NCBI GenBank assembly: GCA_964016885.1
Contig: OZ024741.1
Location: forward strand, 47,368,001-47,432,000
Length of the DNA stretch: 64,000 nucleotides
Reading direction: 5' to 3'
From: Eledone cirrhosa
Lineage: Eukaryota
A program made the translations under genes and the position numbers. A model generated the notes under the pieces. The model ran no database searches. It saw only the letters and a list, made by a program, of their open reading frames with translations, and was not told where the DNA came from. The first letter of the stretch is position 1. Every line of letters begins with the position of its first letter. This document shows, piece after piece, positions 35,950 through 48,785 of the stretch.

Positions 35950-38250
35950 CTAATCGATTGATTCCAAGTTCTCAGACTTATCGATTGATTCCAAGTTCTC
36001 AGTCTTATCGATTGATTCCAAGTTCTCAGTCTTATTGATTAATTTCAAGTTCTCAGTCTTATCGATTGATTCCAGGTTCTCAGTCTTATCGATTGATTCC
36101 AGGTTCTCAGTCTTATCGATTGATTCCAGGTTCTCAGACTTATTGATTGATTCCAGGTTCTCAATATTATCGATTGATTCCAAGTTCTCAGTCTTATCGA
36201 TTGAATCCAAGTACTCAGTCTTATCGATTGATTCCAGGTTCTCAGTCTTATCGATTGATTCCAAGTTCTCAGTCTTATCAATTGATTCCAAGTTCTCAGT
36301 CTTATCGATTGATTCCAAGTTCTCAGTCTTATCGATTGATTCCAAGTTCTCAGTCTTATCAATAGCTACCAAGCCATCAGCCCTATCAATTGATTCCAAG
36401 CCATCAGCCTTTTCAATTGATTTTAAGTCATCAACCCTTTTAATTGATTCGAAGCCATCAGCCTCATCAAATGATTTCAAACCAATACTAATTCCTTTAC
36501 CAATTGCTTTACCGATTGCTTCACCCATTGCTTCTAAATCAACATTATCAATTGCTTCCAAGCCATCAGCCTTTTTAATGGATTTCAAGCCATCACCCCT
36601 ATCAATTGATTCCAAGCCATCAACCTTTTCAATTGATTCCAAGCCATCAACCTTTTTAATTGATTCCAAGCCATCAACCTTTTTAATTGATTCCAAGCCA
36701 TCAACCTTATCAATTGATTTCAAGCCATCAGCCTTTTTAATTGATTCCAAGCCATCAACCTTTTTAATTGATTCCAAGCCATCAACCTTTTTAATTGATT
36801 CCAAGTCATCAGCCTTATCAATTGATTTCAAGCCATCAGCCTTTTTAATTGATTTCAAGCCATCTACTTTTTTAATTGATTTCAAGCCATCAACTTTTTT
36901 AATTGATTTCAAGCCATCAGCCTTTTTAATTGATTTCAAGCCATCAACCTTTTTAATTGATTTCAAGCCATCAGCCTTTTCATTTGTTTTCAAGCTCTTA
37001 TTTGATTTCAAGCCCAGGACTCTTTTCCTAACCGGAATTGGTGGCTCTGAAACCTTAGGCTTGCTTGTCAATTTTTTCTTAGTCCCAACTTGTGATTCTC
37101 TACTTTTAGTCGTATTTATTGGCTTTTGCTTAGTCAGAACTTGTTGTTCTAAACCTTTAGTCTTACTTATTGGCTTTTGCTTAGTCAGAACTTGTAGTTC
37201 TAAACCTTTAGTCTTATCCGATACGGGTATTGTCGTCTTTTTAGTCTTATCGATTGGTTTTAAGTCCTCAAACTTTGGGGGGGATTCTAAACCCTTATTG
37301 GTAGATTTCAAGCCCTTTGACTTATCGGATGGTTTTAAGCCCTTAGACTTATCAGATGATTTCGAGTCCTTAGAATTATCGATTGATTTCAAACCCTTAC
37401 TTTTATCGATTGGTTTTAAGCGCTTAATCTCATCGATTGATTTCAAGTCCTTAATCTCATCGATTGATTTCAAGTCCTTAGTCTCATCGATTGATTTCAA
37501 GTCCTTCGTCTTATCGATTGATTTCAAGTCCTTAGTCTCATCGATTGATTTCAAGTCCTTAGTCTCATCGATTGATTTCAAGTCCTTAGTCTCATCGATT
37601 GATTTCAAGTCCTTCGTCTTATCGATTGATTTCAAGTCCTTAGTCTCATCGATTGATTTCAAGTCATTCGTCTTATCGATTGATTTTAAGTCCTCAATCG
37701 TATCGAGTGATTTGATGCTCTCACTCTTATCGAGTGATTTCAAATCCTTGGTCTCGTCGTGTGATTTTAAACTCTCACCCTTATCGATTGATTTCAAACT
37801 CTTGGTCTTATCGAATGATTTCAATCCCTTAGTCTTATCGGGTGATTTTAAGTCCTTACTTGTCTCGATTGCTTTCAAGCCCTCACTCTTGTCGATTGAT
37901 TTCAAGCCCTTAGTCTTATCGATTGATCTCAAGCTCTTAGTTTTAACGTTTGATTCGAAACCTTTAGGTCCAGCGATTGATTTCAAGCTCTTAGACTTAT
38001 CAATTGATTTCAAGTCCTTTGTTCTATCGACTGATTCCAAGCTCTTTGTCTTATCAATTGATTCCAAGTTCTCATCGATTGAAGTCGAGTCGTTAGACTC
38101 AGCTTGTGATTCTAAGCTCTTTTCGTCATCTTTATCTTCACCATTGAGATATAAAACAGGACCGGTTCTTCCAAATGCAATACTAACATTGCTCCTGTCT
38201 CCAATCAAAGCAGTTATGCTATTACAACGACCGTGCAATTCAATTTTCAT
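35950..38250 (-). CDS. Orphan 766-aa protein of 9-aa (27-nt) repeats, K/D/E/S-rich; function unknown
   Basis: ATG-initiated 2.3-kb frame, unique ~40-aa N-terminus, repeat blocks DLKSIDETK, GLKSIKKVD, NLESIDKTE; no frameshift despite repeat divergence; no TE domain. Confidence 0.6.
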   Translation of the reverse strand: MKIELHGRCNSITALIGDRSNVSIAFGRTGPVLYLNGEDKDDEKSLESQAESNDSTSIDENLESIDKTKSLESVDRTKDLKSIDKSKSLKSIAGPKGFESNVKTKSLRSIDKTKGLKSIDKSEGLKAIETSKDLKSPDKTKGLKSFDKTKSLKSIDKGESLKSHDETKDLKSLDKSESIKSLDTIEDLKSIDKTNDLKSIDETKDLKSIDKTKDLKSIDETKDLKSIDETKDLKSIDETKDLKSIDKTKDLKSIDETKDLKSIDEIKDLKSIDEIKRLKPIDKSKGLKSIDNSKDSKSSDKSKGLKPSDKSKGLKSTNKGLESPPKFEDLKPIDKTKKTTIPVSDKTKGLELQVLTKQKPISKTKGLEQQVLTKQKPINTTKSRESQVGTKKKLTSKPKVSEPPIPVRKRVLGLKSNKSLKTNEKADGLKSIKKVDGLKSIKKADGLKSIKKVDGLKSIKKVDGLKSIKKADGLKSIDKADDLESIKKVDGLESIKKVDGLESIKKADGLKSIDKVDGLESIKKVDGLESIKKVDGLESIEKVDGLESIDRGDGLKSIKKADGLEAIDNVDLEAMGEAIGKAIGKGISIGLKSFDEADGFESIKRVDDLKSIEKADGLESIDRADGLVAIDKTENLESIDKTENLESIDKTENLESIDKTENLESIDKTENLESIDKTEYLDSIDKTENLESIDNIENLESINKSENLESIDKTENLESIDKTENLESIDKTENLKLINKTENLESIDKTENLESIDKSENLESID

Positions 38251-39057
38251 TTTCGTAAATTGCTTCTAGGCAGCTTAATGAAAATTTATAAGACCGTACT
38301 CAAACTTTCATATATATATTTTTTGTTATTGTTTTTTTTTTCGCTTGTCGTTTGCTCCCAATCTTTTTTATTGTTCAGACAACTGCATAGAGATGAGCCA
38401 CTTTGAATTAATACTACAAACGCTTTAGAAATAAAAGGATTCAATTGTGAATGAAATAGGTCGACAGGAAAATAAATTCTTATCTAATGAAATGTTAATA
38501 AAGTTTTAGTGTGGCATCTAGTTATCAAATATGATTCGATAGATATATAGAATATTTTCAAAGTTATGATTCACAAACTGTATAGAATTGGCCTTACCAA
38601 ATGACTAATAAGCTAGATAACCCGATGAATTAATATCCAAACTGCAGCCGCTGTGGTAGACACTTTCGACACCATCTTGTCTTTGCTTTATTTGCATCAT
38701 CGTGCATATCACAAAGAGAATGCTGGGGAATTGGATAACGAGTATATTTAGTCGCTCATTGAAAGTTCTGAAAACCACGAAAACAAAGCTAGTGACGTCA
38801 TATATCATAATTGTGTCTGTATATACACACTCACATACATACACACACACATACATACATATACTCATACACACACACACACACATACATACATACATAT
38901 TCATACATACACAGGGATATAAATATGAACATACATGCATTCATATATAATACAAGCATCTATACATAAATATATGTGTACATACATACATACATACATA
39001 CACACATACATACATACATACATACATACATACATACATACATACATACATACATAC

Positions 39058-39599
39058 ATGATGGCTGCAAAGTCTGCTAAGTTTATTGCAATCGCTTGTC
39101 AGGTTATAGATGTTGGTGCACTTTTAGGCTACGGTCAGCCACATAAACCTGTAACACATCCTGAACAAGCAATGCCTGTGCTTTGAATGTTTTTTAAGTA
39201 GGGAAAGGCCATGCACTCGGCCAATCTCACTCTCTGAGAATCGAAAACACTACTCGAAAAGGAGAACTAGTCAACATCATCGGATGCTTCCGAAGCTGCA
39301 GGGTTTTTTTTTTCAGAGTTTCCCTCTCTTAGAAAGGTGTTGTGACAACAAATGGGGGGATTTCACTCTCAGGTGAAAAAAAAAAAGACAAAATAAAACT
39401 ACTATTTGGATGGCCGTTGACTCTGCTGAGTTCCTCCGCCCTTCGCCGGGTCTTGTATTTCATCCCGCAGGGTGTCCAAATATCACCCCCTTCACCAAGT
39501 AAGCTTGATGGGGTTGCTGGTTTAGTCACCGACGACCCGACCATGAGACAGGTTGTACTGGATTACATGTTACCGGTAACGCTCAAGAGCGACCTGACA
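39058..39599 (-). mobile_element. SINE-like element derived from RTE 5' region (modules 39405-39599 and 39170-39370)
   Basis: Both modules recur several times in the window, in (TACA)n context. Confidence 0.6.
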
Positions 39600-39629
39600 C
39601 ATACATACACATACATACACACATACATA

Positions 39630-40600
39630 CATTGCTGTTACATTTCCCTATGCTATGTCTGAAGATCACATCCCAAGTCTCATAATCCCTGCCAACGCGG
39701 GCGTTGAAATCACCAAGTACGACAATTTTGTCTGCCGAAAGAATCGTTTTGACAAGTTGCTTTAAAGACCTGTAAAAGGTGAGTTTCTCGTCTTCATTGG
39801 AGTTCATCGTCGGGGTATATACACTGACAACGGTAAGGTAGCGATTGTACATCAGAGGAATTCTCATTGATATGAGACGATCACTGATGTCACTTGGAAA
39901 CTGGTCAAGTGTCGATGGTAAAAGCCACACCTGCCTCCATTTTGCATCCTGCTGCTCTGCCACTCCAGTAAAACGTGTATCCACTGGACATCTCAGCTTT
40001 TTGACAACAAGAGCTGATCTTCTTTCTGGTCGTGATTCTGAAGACACCAAATCTAATAAGGTCCGGATGTTCCAGCAACCAATATTCATAGGTTTCTTCT
40101 TCTTCTTCTTCTTCTTCTTCTTCTTCTTCTTCTTGCAGTGGCAGGATGACGTCCGGGCCCATGCTATGGTGCCATGGGACACCTGCCGGGCTAGACCCTT
40201 TCACCATCAGTTCCAAAGCCCCCATTGCCATTAATTCGTACATTATCATGGTTTATCATTGAATATGTTTGCCCTTTTTTACTGCGGCCAGCCACAATGT
40301 AACAAATAATTTGTTCAAATCGATCAGGTGATGCCTGTGCTTGAAATTTTTTTTCAAGTGGAGAAAAGCCTTGCACAGAACTAATCCCACTCTCTGAGAA
40401 TGGAGAGCATGTACCGAAAAGAAGAACTGGTCAACATCATCGGGTGCCCTCAACACCGCAGGTGTTTATTCGGAGTATCCCTCTCCTAGAGAAGTGTTAT
40501 AACAACAGCTATGGGGCATCTCACTCCCAGCGGGCTATCTGTGCGCCTGGGTGCCAACCCAAGTATTTCTGGTCCCCGCGCACACTTGAACACACCGTTG
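39630..40600 (-). mobile_element. RTE LINE 5' fragment: 5' UTR plus decayed APE endonuclease
   Basis: MNIGCWNIRTLLD, SGYTFYWSG, GVAF, VSVYTPT, VLGDFNARVG; a (GAA)n tract sits just upstream. Confidence 0.85.
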
Positions 40601-40684
40601 AGAAAAAAAAATTAAAATGTATATGTAAAAGCACACTCTTGATTTAAAGATTTAAAAAGTTAAAAGAATTCAGAACTAAAAGAA

Positions 40685-41235
40685 CTAGCAGAAAAACCAG
40701 CCTACGGGTGGTTTTCTGCTAGCATGTGTAGTGTGTATATTGATATTATACGCAAGTATATATACATGTAGATGTGATACATCAAATAAAATCGTAATTG
40801 ACAATATATAATACTTAGAAATTGAACGAAGACTGCGTTACATTGTCTTATGTAATCAGTAACGTAATCCATGATACATTAAAAAAAGACGATATTATAT
40901 ATAAACTGCATTAGGAGAAAATTAGTGACAGAAAATTAGTATGGTTATTTAAGTGATCGCCACCGGAAGTGTTGACATCACACACTCTCTCTTTCTATAT
41001 ATATGGTAGTTGAAGTGGTGGTGGTGGCAACGATATACTGGAAGTGCAATTTTGAAAAGAAGTCAATTTTAAATTATTTATTTTTACGAAATTATTTTTG
41101 TTTACGAAATTTAGTAGAAAAATTATGTAATATTCATTCATTATTTATTCAAAGTAATCCAACTTATTTTACTAACGGGATAAAAATAAAAACCCCGTAC
41201 GTAGTCCCGCAGACCTTCCTTTATTATAGTTTAGA
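40685..41235 (-). mobile_element. Non-autonomous Helitron
   Basis: Minus strand starts A|TCTAAACTATAATAAAG and ends with hairpin CCACCCGTAGGCTGG then CTAG|T; inserted between A and T, no TSD. Confidence 0.7.
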
Positions 41236-41405
41236 TTAAAAATGTATACAAAAAGGTATACGTATGCAAGCAGACACCCGAGGATATATTAAACAGACAC
41301 CCAAGGATATATCAAACACACACACATACACACACACACAAAATGCATATACATAAGTATATACAAATAGAGTACTCATACAGCCACACACGCATGTACA
41401 CGGTA

Positions 41406-41600
41406 TTTGGATGGCCGTTGACTCTATTGAGTTCCTCCGCCCTTTGACGAGTTGTGTTTTTCATCCCGCAGGGTGTCCAAATACCAACCTCGTCACCAAC
41501 CAAGCTCGGTGGGGTTGCCAGTTTAGTTGCTGACGACCCGACCATGCAACAGGTTGTACTGGATTACATGTTACCGGTAGCGCTCAAGAGCGACCTCACA
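41406..41600 (-). repeat. ~195-bp SINE-like module (other copies 39405-39599, 42052-42243, 43627-43821, 51069-51230)
   Basis: Shared sequence TTTGGATGGCCGTTGAC...GACGACCCGACCATG...GTTACCGGTA...GACCTGACA on the + strand. Confidence 0.8.
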
Positions 41601-41627
41601 ACATACATACATACATACATACATACA

Positions 41628-42243
41628 TGATTGCTGCCCCCTCGTTATCGAGTATGGCCATTGCATGATATACCATTATTAATAATTATTAATTAATTCT
41701 ATCGTGCAATGCCTGTGCGTGAAGATATTTTTTAAACCGAGGAAAAACTGTGCACTGAGCCAATCCCACTCTCTGAGCGACAGTAGCTATAACCCGAAAA
41801 GAAGAAAATATCAACATCATCGGTAACTACTGAGCTGTAGGTTTTATATCAGAGTTATCCCAGTTTCCTGAGTTGCCTTCTCCTAGAAGAATGCTCTAAC
41901 AAATGCTAGGGGTCCTTCTCTCGCACTGGTTTAAACGCGCGATCGGGTGTCCAGCCCGACTATTTCTATGTCCCCGCGCATATACATACACATGCACCCA
42001 TGTATATACACATATACATATATATACATGTGTATATACATATTTACACACTTTTGGATGGCCGTTAACATTGAGTTCTTCCGCTCTTTGTCAGGTTTTG
42101 TTTTTTGTCCTGCAGGGTGTCCAAAATCCCCCTCCTCACCAAGTAAACTTGGTGAGGTTGCCGGTTTAGTCGCCGACGACCCGACCATGCGAGAGGTTGT
42201 AATCGGTTACATGTTAACAGTAGGACTCAAGAGTGACCCGACA
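41628..42243 (-). mobile_element. Bipartite RTE-derived SINE-like element (5' modules plus RTE 3' tail)
   Basis: Tail at 41628-41670 matches the RTE remnant tail at 20720-20750. Confidence 0.6.
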
Positions 42244-42768
42244 TATACATACATACATACATACATACATACATACATACATACATACATACATACATAC
42301 ATACATACATACACATAGATATATATACATACATACATATACATGCATATACACACATACATATATATATACATATATATATATATATACATACATATAT
42401 ACATATATACATATATATACATACATATATACATACATATATACATAGATATATACATACATATATGTATACATATATATAAACATATATATATATATAC
42501 ATATATACATACATATATACATATATATATATACATATATATATATACATATATATATACATACTCACATATATATATATATACATACATACACATACAT
42601 ACTCACATATATATATATACATACATACACATATACATATATATATATACATACATACACATATACATATATATATACATACATACACATATACATATAT
42701 AAATATACATACATACACATATACATATACATATATATATACATATATACATACATATATACATACAC

Positions 42769-42815
<47 letters not shown>

Positions 42816-43908
42816 CAAACATACATATATACATACATATGTATATACACATATATATACATATGTATATCATCATCAGGTCGTACTTGCTCGGCTTTCT
42901 ACGACACGTTTCCTCCATCCATCTCTGTCTCTCATAGCGTTTGCCAGTTCTTCCGCAGTGCATCCAGTATCGTCCTCAAGTTGCTTGACGTATGTCTTCT
43001 ATATATATATACACGTATATATATACACGTATATATATACACATATATATATATATATACATATATAGATATATACATATATATATACACATATATACAC
43101 ATATATATATATATATACATATACGCATATATATATACATATACACATATATATATACATATACATATACACATATATATATACATATACACATATATAT
43201 ATACATATATATGGTGGCTACCAACTCGCTTTCGAGTACGGCCACTACTCTACATCCATGTAGGAGAACCCCTACCGATGCGCTGAACGAGTGTAACTTT
43301 TTAGTCCAGCCAGTGACTTGAAAACTCTGGTACAAACACTATACTTGTGACAATTATTGACACATAGTGCTGGGCCCATGGTACCATGTGACGACAAGTG
43401 CAGAGAGATCTCCAGATATAAAGCAATGCCTGTGCCGTGAAGCTTTTATAGTGAGCAAAGGCACTGCACAAAGCCAGTCCCACTCTCTTAACCAAGAAGA
43501 TATTTACCAAAAAGAAGAACAAGTCAACATCATTGGATACCATCAGGGTTGCAGGTGTTATATCAGAGTTTTCCTTCTCCTAGAATTCTGCCTTGACAAA
43601 GGCTAAGGGGTCATCTCTCCCGGTGATTTTGGATGGCCATTGACTCTTAAGAGCTCCTTTTCCCTTTGACAGGTTTTGTTTTTAGTCCTGCAGGATGTCC
43701 AAAGTCACCCTCCTCACCAAGAAACCTTGGTGGGGTTGCCAGTTTAGTCGCCAACGACCCGACCATGAGACAGGTTGTACTGGGATACATGTTACCAGTA
43801 GCACCAACTGGTGACCTGACATAAATATATATACACACATATATACACACACATATATATATATACACATATATACATCTATATATATATACACATATAT
43901 ACATATAT

Positions 43909-43977
<69 letters not shown>

Positions 43978-44208
43978 TATATATATATACATATATACAT
44001 ATATATACATATATATATATACATATATACATATATATACATATATATATATACATATACTTATATATATACATATATATATACACACATATATACATAT
44101 ATATATATACATATACTTATATATATACATATATACACACATATATATATACATATACTTATATATATACATATATATATACACATATATATATACATAT
44201 ATATACAC

Positions 44209-44276
<68 letters not shown>
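42244..44276. repeat. Compound (TACA)n/(TA)n microsatellite field with an embedded LINE 3' fragment (42870-42998) and SINE-like copy (43212-43821)
   Basis: Seen directly; the fragment translates on the minus strand to [26 protein letters not shown] followed by (TGA)n. Confidence 0.85.
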
Positions 44277-44278
<2 letters not shown>

Positions 44279-46004
44279 TATCCTACTCTACTACTATGAA
44301 CACAGCACAAAATATAAATAGAATTAATAATAGAAACTTAAATTTAAACCCTAACCAAACTAACCAAGATAGCAATAATAATATTTCTAATAACAATATT
44401 CATAATAATAGTACCGTTCCTAGTAACAACAACTCCAGAAAACTGTAGAATTAAATCAAACTGCCCTTTACAAAACAATTGCTTAGACAAAAACGTAATT
44501 TATAAATGCACAGTTAAAACTAGAGACAAAATATTTAACTATATAGGTGCCACTTCTACAAAATTCAAAGAACGCTGGTACAACCACAAACATACATTTA
44601 ATAGATCCGATAAAAAGTCTTCCACTTCACTTTCACATCTAATTTGGAATTTAAAGGACAACAATATAGACTATTCAATATCTTGGGGAACGATTTCGAA
44701 AGCACGTGCATACCGAAATATGGCTTTCTAAAAAATCTGTCATTTGTGTATCGAGGAAAATTTTTTATATAATTAACTGTCAAAACTCTATTAATTTAAA
44801 AACAGAATTATTTTTTGCTTGCAGACATCGGTAAAATTCCACTTTCCGAAGTATTTTTAATCTATGATATTCATTGTTTAAAAATTAAAATTTTTTTTAA
44901 ATGATCTTCCTTCTTAAATTTTTACCATTTGATATTCTTTTCCTAATGATACTCTTCTTAATCTAATTTTTAGATGTAGATTGATACTCTTTAATAGGCA
45001 TTCTGAAAGATATCTTCTTTACGATAGTTTTTTGAAATGTACTCTTGACTTATCTATTAATACATTTTTTCCTTTTTTAATCTTCAAACTTTTCACACAT
45101 CTTTCGACGTAAATAATATGTAATTGAAATTCTCATCCTTGAAAAACATATAATATAAAATACCTTATAATCTCACACAAAACAATATATAATTTTCTCT
45201 ACATACTTTCTAAGTAAATCATTCATCAAATTTAATGGTTAGCAAATAATATTGGAGTTATCTTTTCCTATACAATTGAGCAAACATAGACATGATAACT
45301 TGTATGATAAATTATATAATTTCGCTAAATTAACAATATTCTGAAAACATTTTCAATGTTGGAACAAAATATTTGAATCTACAAATTGTTCTCCTCTTAC
45401 AACTTGAACTACGTCTTTTTCTTAAATATTTATGTAAAATGTAAAATCAACTTCCTTCGTAACTCATATTAGAAATATAAACAATTAATACGTGTGGTTT
45501 ATTTATATAAAATCACCAATAATACTTATACTTGCACAATTATTAATCTATATAGATATTTATATACTTACAACCTGCTGTAATGTAATAAGATAAAATG
45601 TACTTACAACCATAATTCTTCATATAATCTAATTGATTATATATACAATATTATAACTCATAATATAGCTAAATATTTTTTTAAATTCTGGAACCATATT
45701 CCACCATTCCTACAAACTGTTAATTCTTTTTAAATTCACGTAAATACAAGCTTTTCTTTCTTTCTCTTTCTTCTTCTTCCTACACATACATACATATATC
45801 CTAATAATTATTTAAATCTATCTAGCGTCTAAAAATAACGTTTTTTTTTCAGCCCTATACTTCAACCTCATTTGCATACTCATCTTAATAATTTGAAATA
45901 TTTGACTTTTCTTCTCTTTCCCTTCTTTCCTTTTACTATCCAGGAAAAACTTGAACCGTTAAGATCTTCTTCCTGGATATGTCAATATTTAAAAACAAAC
46001 TTTG

Positions 46005-46065
46005 TATTTTATCTGATGAGAGCGTACCAAAGTTTTGGTACCCTTGAAATATATATAATAGAATA
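46005..46065 (+). ncRNA. Minimal type I hammerhead ribozyme
   Basis: TATTTTAT CTGATGA, stem II GTACCAAA/TTTGGTAC, GAAA TATATA TA, ATAGAATA. Confidence 0.8.
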
Positions 46066-48017
46066 AATATGGTTTTATAAATATAGTTTCCATTTATTTA
46101 ATAAAACAATTTTGACATCATCTGACTCGTTGGATTATTTATTAATAATGTACTGCATAGGAAAATGCCAGAGATGACAGGAGGTTTATATCGGGACGAT
46201 ATGTTGCTTTTAATTGAAAACCATAGCAATAGTGAAATTAATAGGAAAAGGAAATCCATAATACAATTTTTCAACAACTACAACCTTAAGTTAGAAATAG
46301 AGAATAACTACAAAATCGTTAACTTCTTAGATGTAACCTTAAACCCTAGCACAGGTCTTTATTATCCTTTCCATAAAATTAACGAACATCTAAATTACGT
46401 AAGTTTCAATTCTAATCATCCTAGAAGTATTAAAAACACTATTGTCAATAGCGTCCAACAACGGATTTCACGTATCTCTGCTAATAAAAATATTTTTGAT
46501 GATAAGGCTGAATATTATAATGAAGCTTTACATAGAGCAGGATACTCGAATAAAATTAAATACATAGATAACAATAACATGACAAATCATCCTACTATTA
46601 ATTATAATAATAATAAACAATTTAACTTAAACACTAAACCAAACAAAAAAAACTAGAACTAGAAATATTATTTGGTACTGTCCCCAATTCTCATTAAGCG
46701 TTAAAACACCTTTAGCAAAGCTATTCTTTAAAGCACTAGAAATATGGCTTTATCAAGATTCTGTAACTTGTGTATCGAAGAAATTTTTACATAATTAATT
46801 GTCAAAACTCTATTAATCTTAGAACAGACTTATTTTCTTCATGCAGACATCGCCAAAATTCCACGTTCAGAACTATTTTTAATTTATAATATTCCTATAC
46901 ACCTTCAAAATGATACTAATCTTCTTTAAAATTTTAAATGTAAATTTTTTAATATTTTAAATATTTCTAATTGTTTTAATATTTCTAATATTCTTACCTT
47001 TTGACATTAATTTTTTTTAATATATATATATTTAATATTTGTAATTCTGGCATTATTTTTCTAATGACACCCCTCTAAATATATTTTTTTAGATGTAGAT
47101 TGATAATCTTTAATTGACATTCTGAAAATGTATCCTCTTTACAATAGTTCTTCGAAAAGCACATTACGTTTTTCCTCTCTTTTTGATATTCAAACTTTCA
47201 CACATCTTTCGACTAAAATAATTAATTTCACACAAAATAATATATAATTTTCTCTATATATTTTTGAGTAAATCACTCATCAAATTTAACGTTTAACAAA
47301 CAAAATTGGAGTTATCTTTCCTTTCTCAATCGTGCAAACATAAACATATTATGTACGATAATCTATATAACTTCGCTAAATTAACAATATTCTGAAAACA
47401 TTTTCAATGTTGAATAAAATATTCGAATCTACAAATTGTTCTCCTCTCACAACTTAAACCACCTATTTTTTTTTAATGTAAAGTACAAAATCAACATCCT
47501 TCGTAACTCATATTAGAAATATAAACAACTAATAATTGTAAATTATTTCTATTTCTATAATACTAATATATACACAATTATTAATCTATATAGATATTTA
47601 CATACATATAACCTATTGTAATGTAATAAGATAAAAATACTTACAACCATAATTCTTCATATAATCTAATTGATCATATATACAATATTAACTCATAATA
47701 TAGGTAAATAAATTTAAATTTAAACTCTGGAATCATATTCCACCTTTTCCCCCAAATTAACGTAAATACAAGCTCTTCTTCCTTTTTCTTCTTTCCTACA
47801 GATACAAACACATATAATTATTTAAATTCTCCATAGCGTCTAAAATAACATTTTTTTCAGCCCTTTACCTCAACCTCATTTGCGTACTCATTTGCATACT
47901 CATCTTAACAATTTCAAATATCTGACTTTTCTTCTCTTATCTCTTCACTATCCAAGGAAAACTTGAACCGTTAAGGTATTTTTCTTGGTTATGTCAAAAT
48001 ATATAAAACACACTTCG

Positions 48018-48077
48018 TATTTTATCTGATGAAAGCGTACCAAAGTTTTGGTACCTTGAAATATATATAATAGAATA
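48018..48077 (+). ncRNA. Minimal type I hammerhead ribozyme
   Basis: Same fold as 46005-46065; stem II AAG(C)GTACCAAA/TTTGGTACCTT. Confidence 0.8.
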
Positions 48078-48488
48078 AATATGGTTTTATAAATATAGTT
48101 TCCATTTATTTAATATTTAATATCATTGAATATTATACTCCAGAAAATTTGTCGAGTGCTTTGAATCAGTTATAAACATTTATATTTGTTGAATTACCAA
48201 CAAATTGAATATCCCTTTTGCTTATATATATATCACACACACGCGCACGCTTACACTTAAGTGTGCACATAGACGTAAAGATATATATATATACACACAG
48301 ACATACAAGCGGATACATAACCGCACACACACGTGTGAAACCACAACATACGTACAATTACAAAACACGGCACACACACATGCATAAAATCTAACTGGGA
48401 AAGTAGCGAGAACAGATATATAAATAAATAAAATAAAAAAAATAAAAAAATATAAAAAAGACATAAAGGTTCGGGTTGACAACGAAAA

Positions 48489-48570
<82 letters not shown>

Positions 48571-48785
48571 ACATTGACACAAATAACCGAAACTTTTTTA
48601 ATGTCTCCAAAAACCCCAATATCGATTTTTGAAAGCCTTTGTAGATCATGTACAGGTTTTGTGTAAGGAGAAGCTCTGTAAAAAATTTCAAAGAAATCGC
48701 ATGAATGGTTTAGAATATATGAGCCCTCATTAAAAATTGTCCACACACACATACACACATACAGAAAACTTCGTCTTTATATATA

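Larger units (their letters stand above)
44280..48115 (+). mobile_element. Penelope-like insertion 2: two old, diverged copies in direct tandem (~44280-46110 and ~46120-48115)
   Basis: [20 protein letters not shown] in the first copy; GGLYRDD, VNFLDVTLN, SNHP, RNIIWY, CNLCIEE in the second; homologous ~1.2-kb AT-rich 3' regions each ending in a hammerhead. Confidence 0.85.

Noticed and set aside
35302-38100. 27-bp periodicity as a CRISPR-like array
   Set aside because: Contiguous repeats with no unique spacers, no cas genes, eukaryotic context.
36035-38269. 744-aa plus-strand ORF (SIDSKFSVL repeats)
   Set aside because: Antisense shadow of the minus-strand repeat ORF; starts mid-repeat at a non-ATG codon.
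42207-44208. Numerous YI/CV/MY-rich ORFs (also 38600-39190, 48220-48760, 59200-59800, 60446-60991)
   Set aside because: Translations of dinucleotide and tetranucleotide microsatellites.
48560-48785. Possible Helitron/Helentron-type short repeat beside the LTR element
   Set aside because: Only a general resemblance; termini could not be defined.
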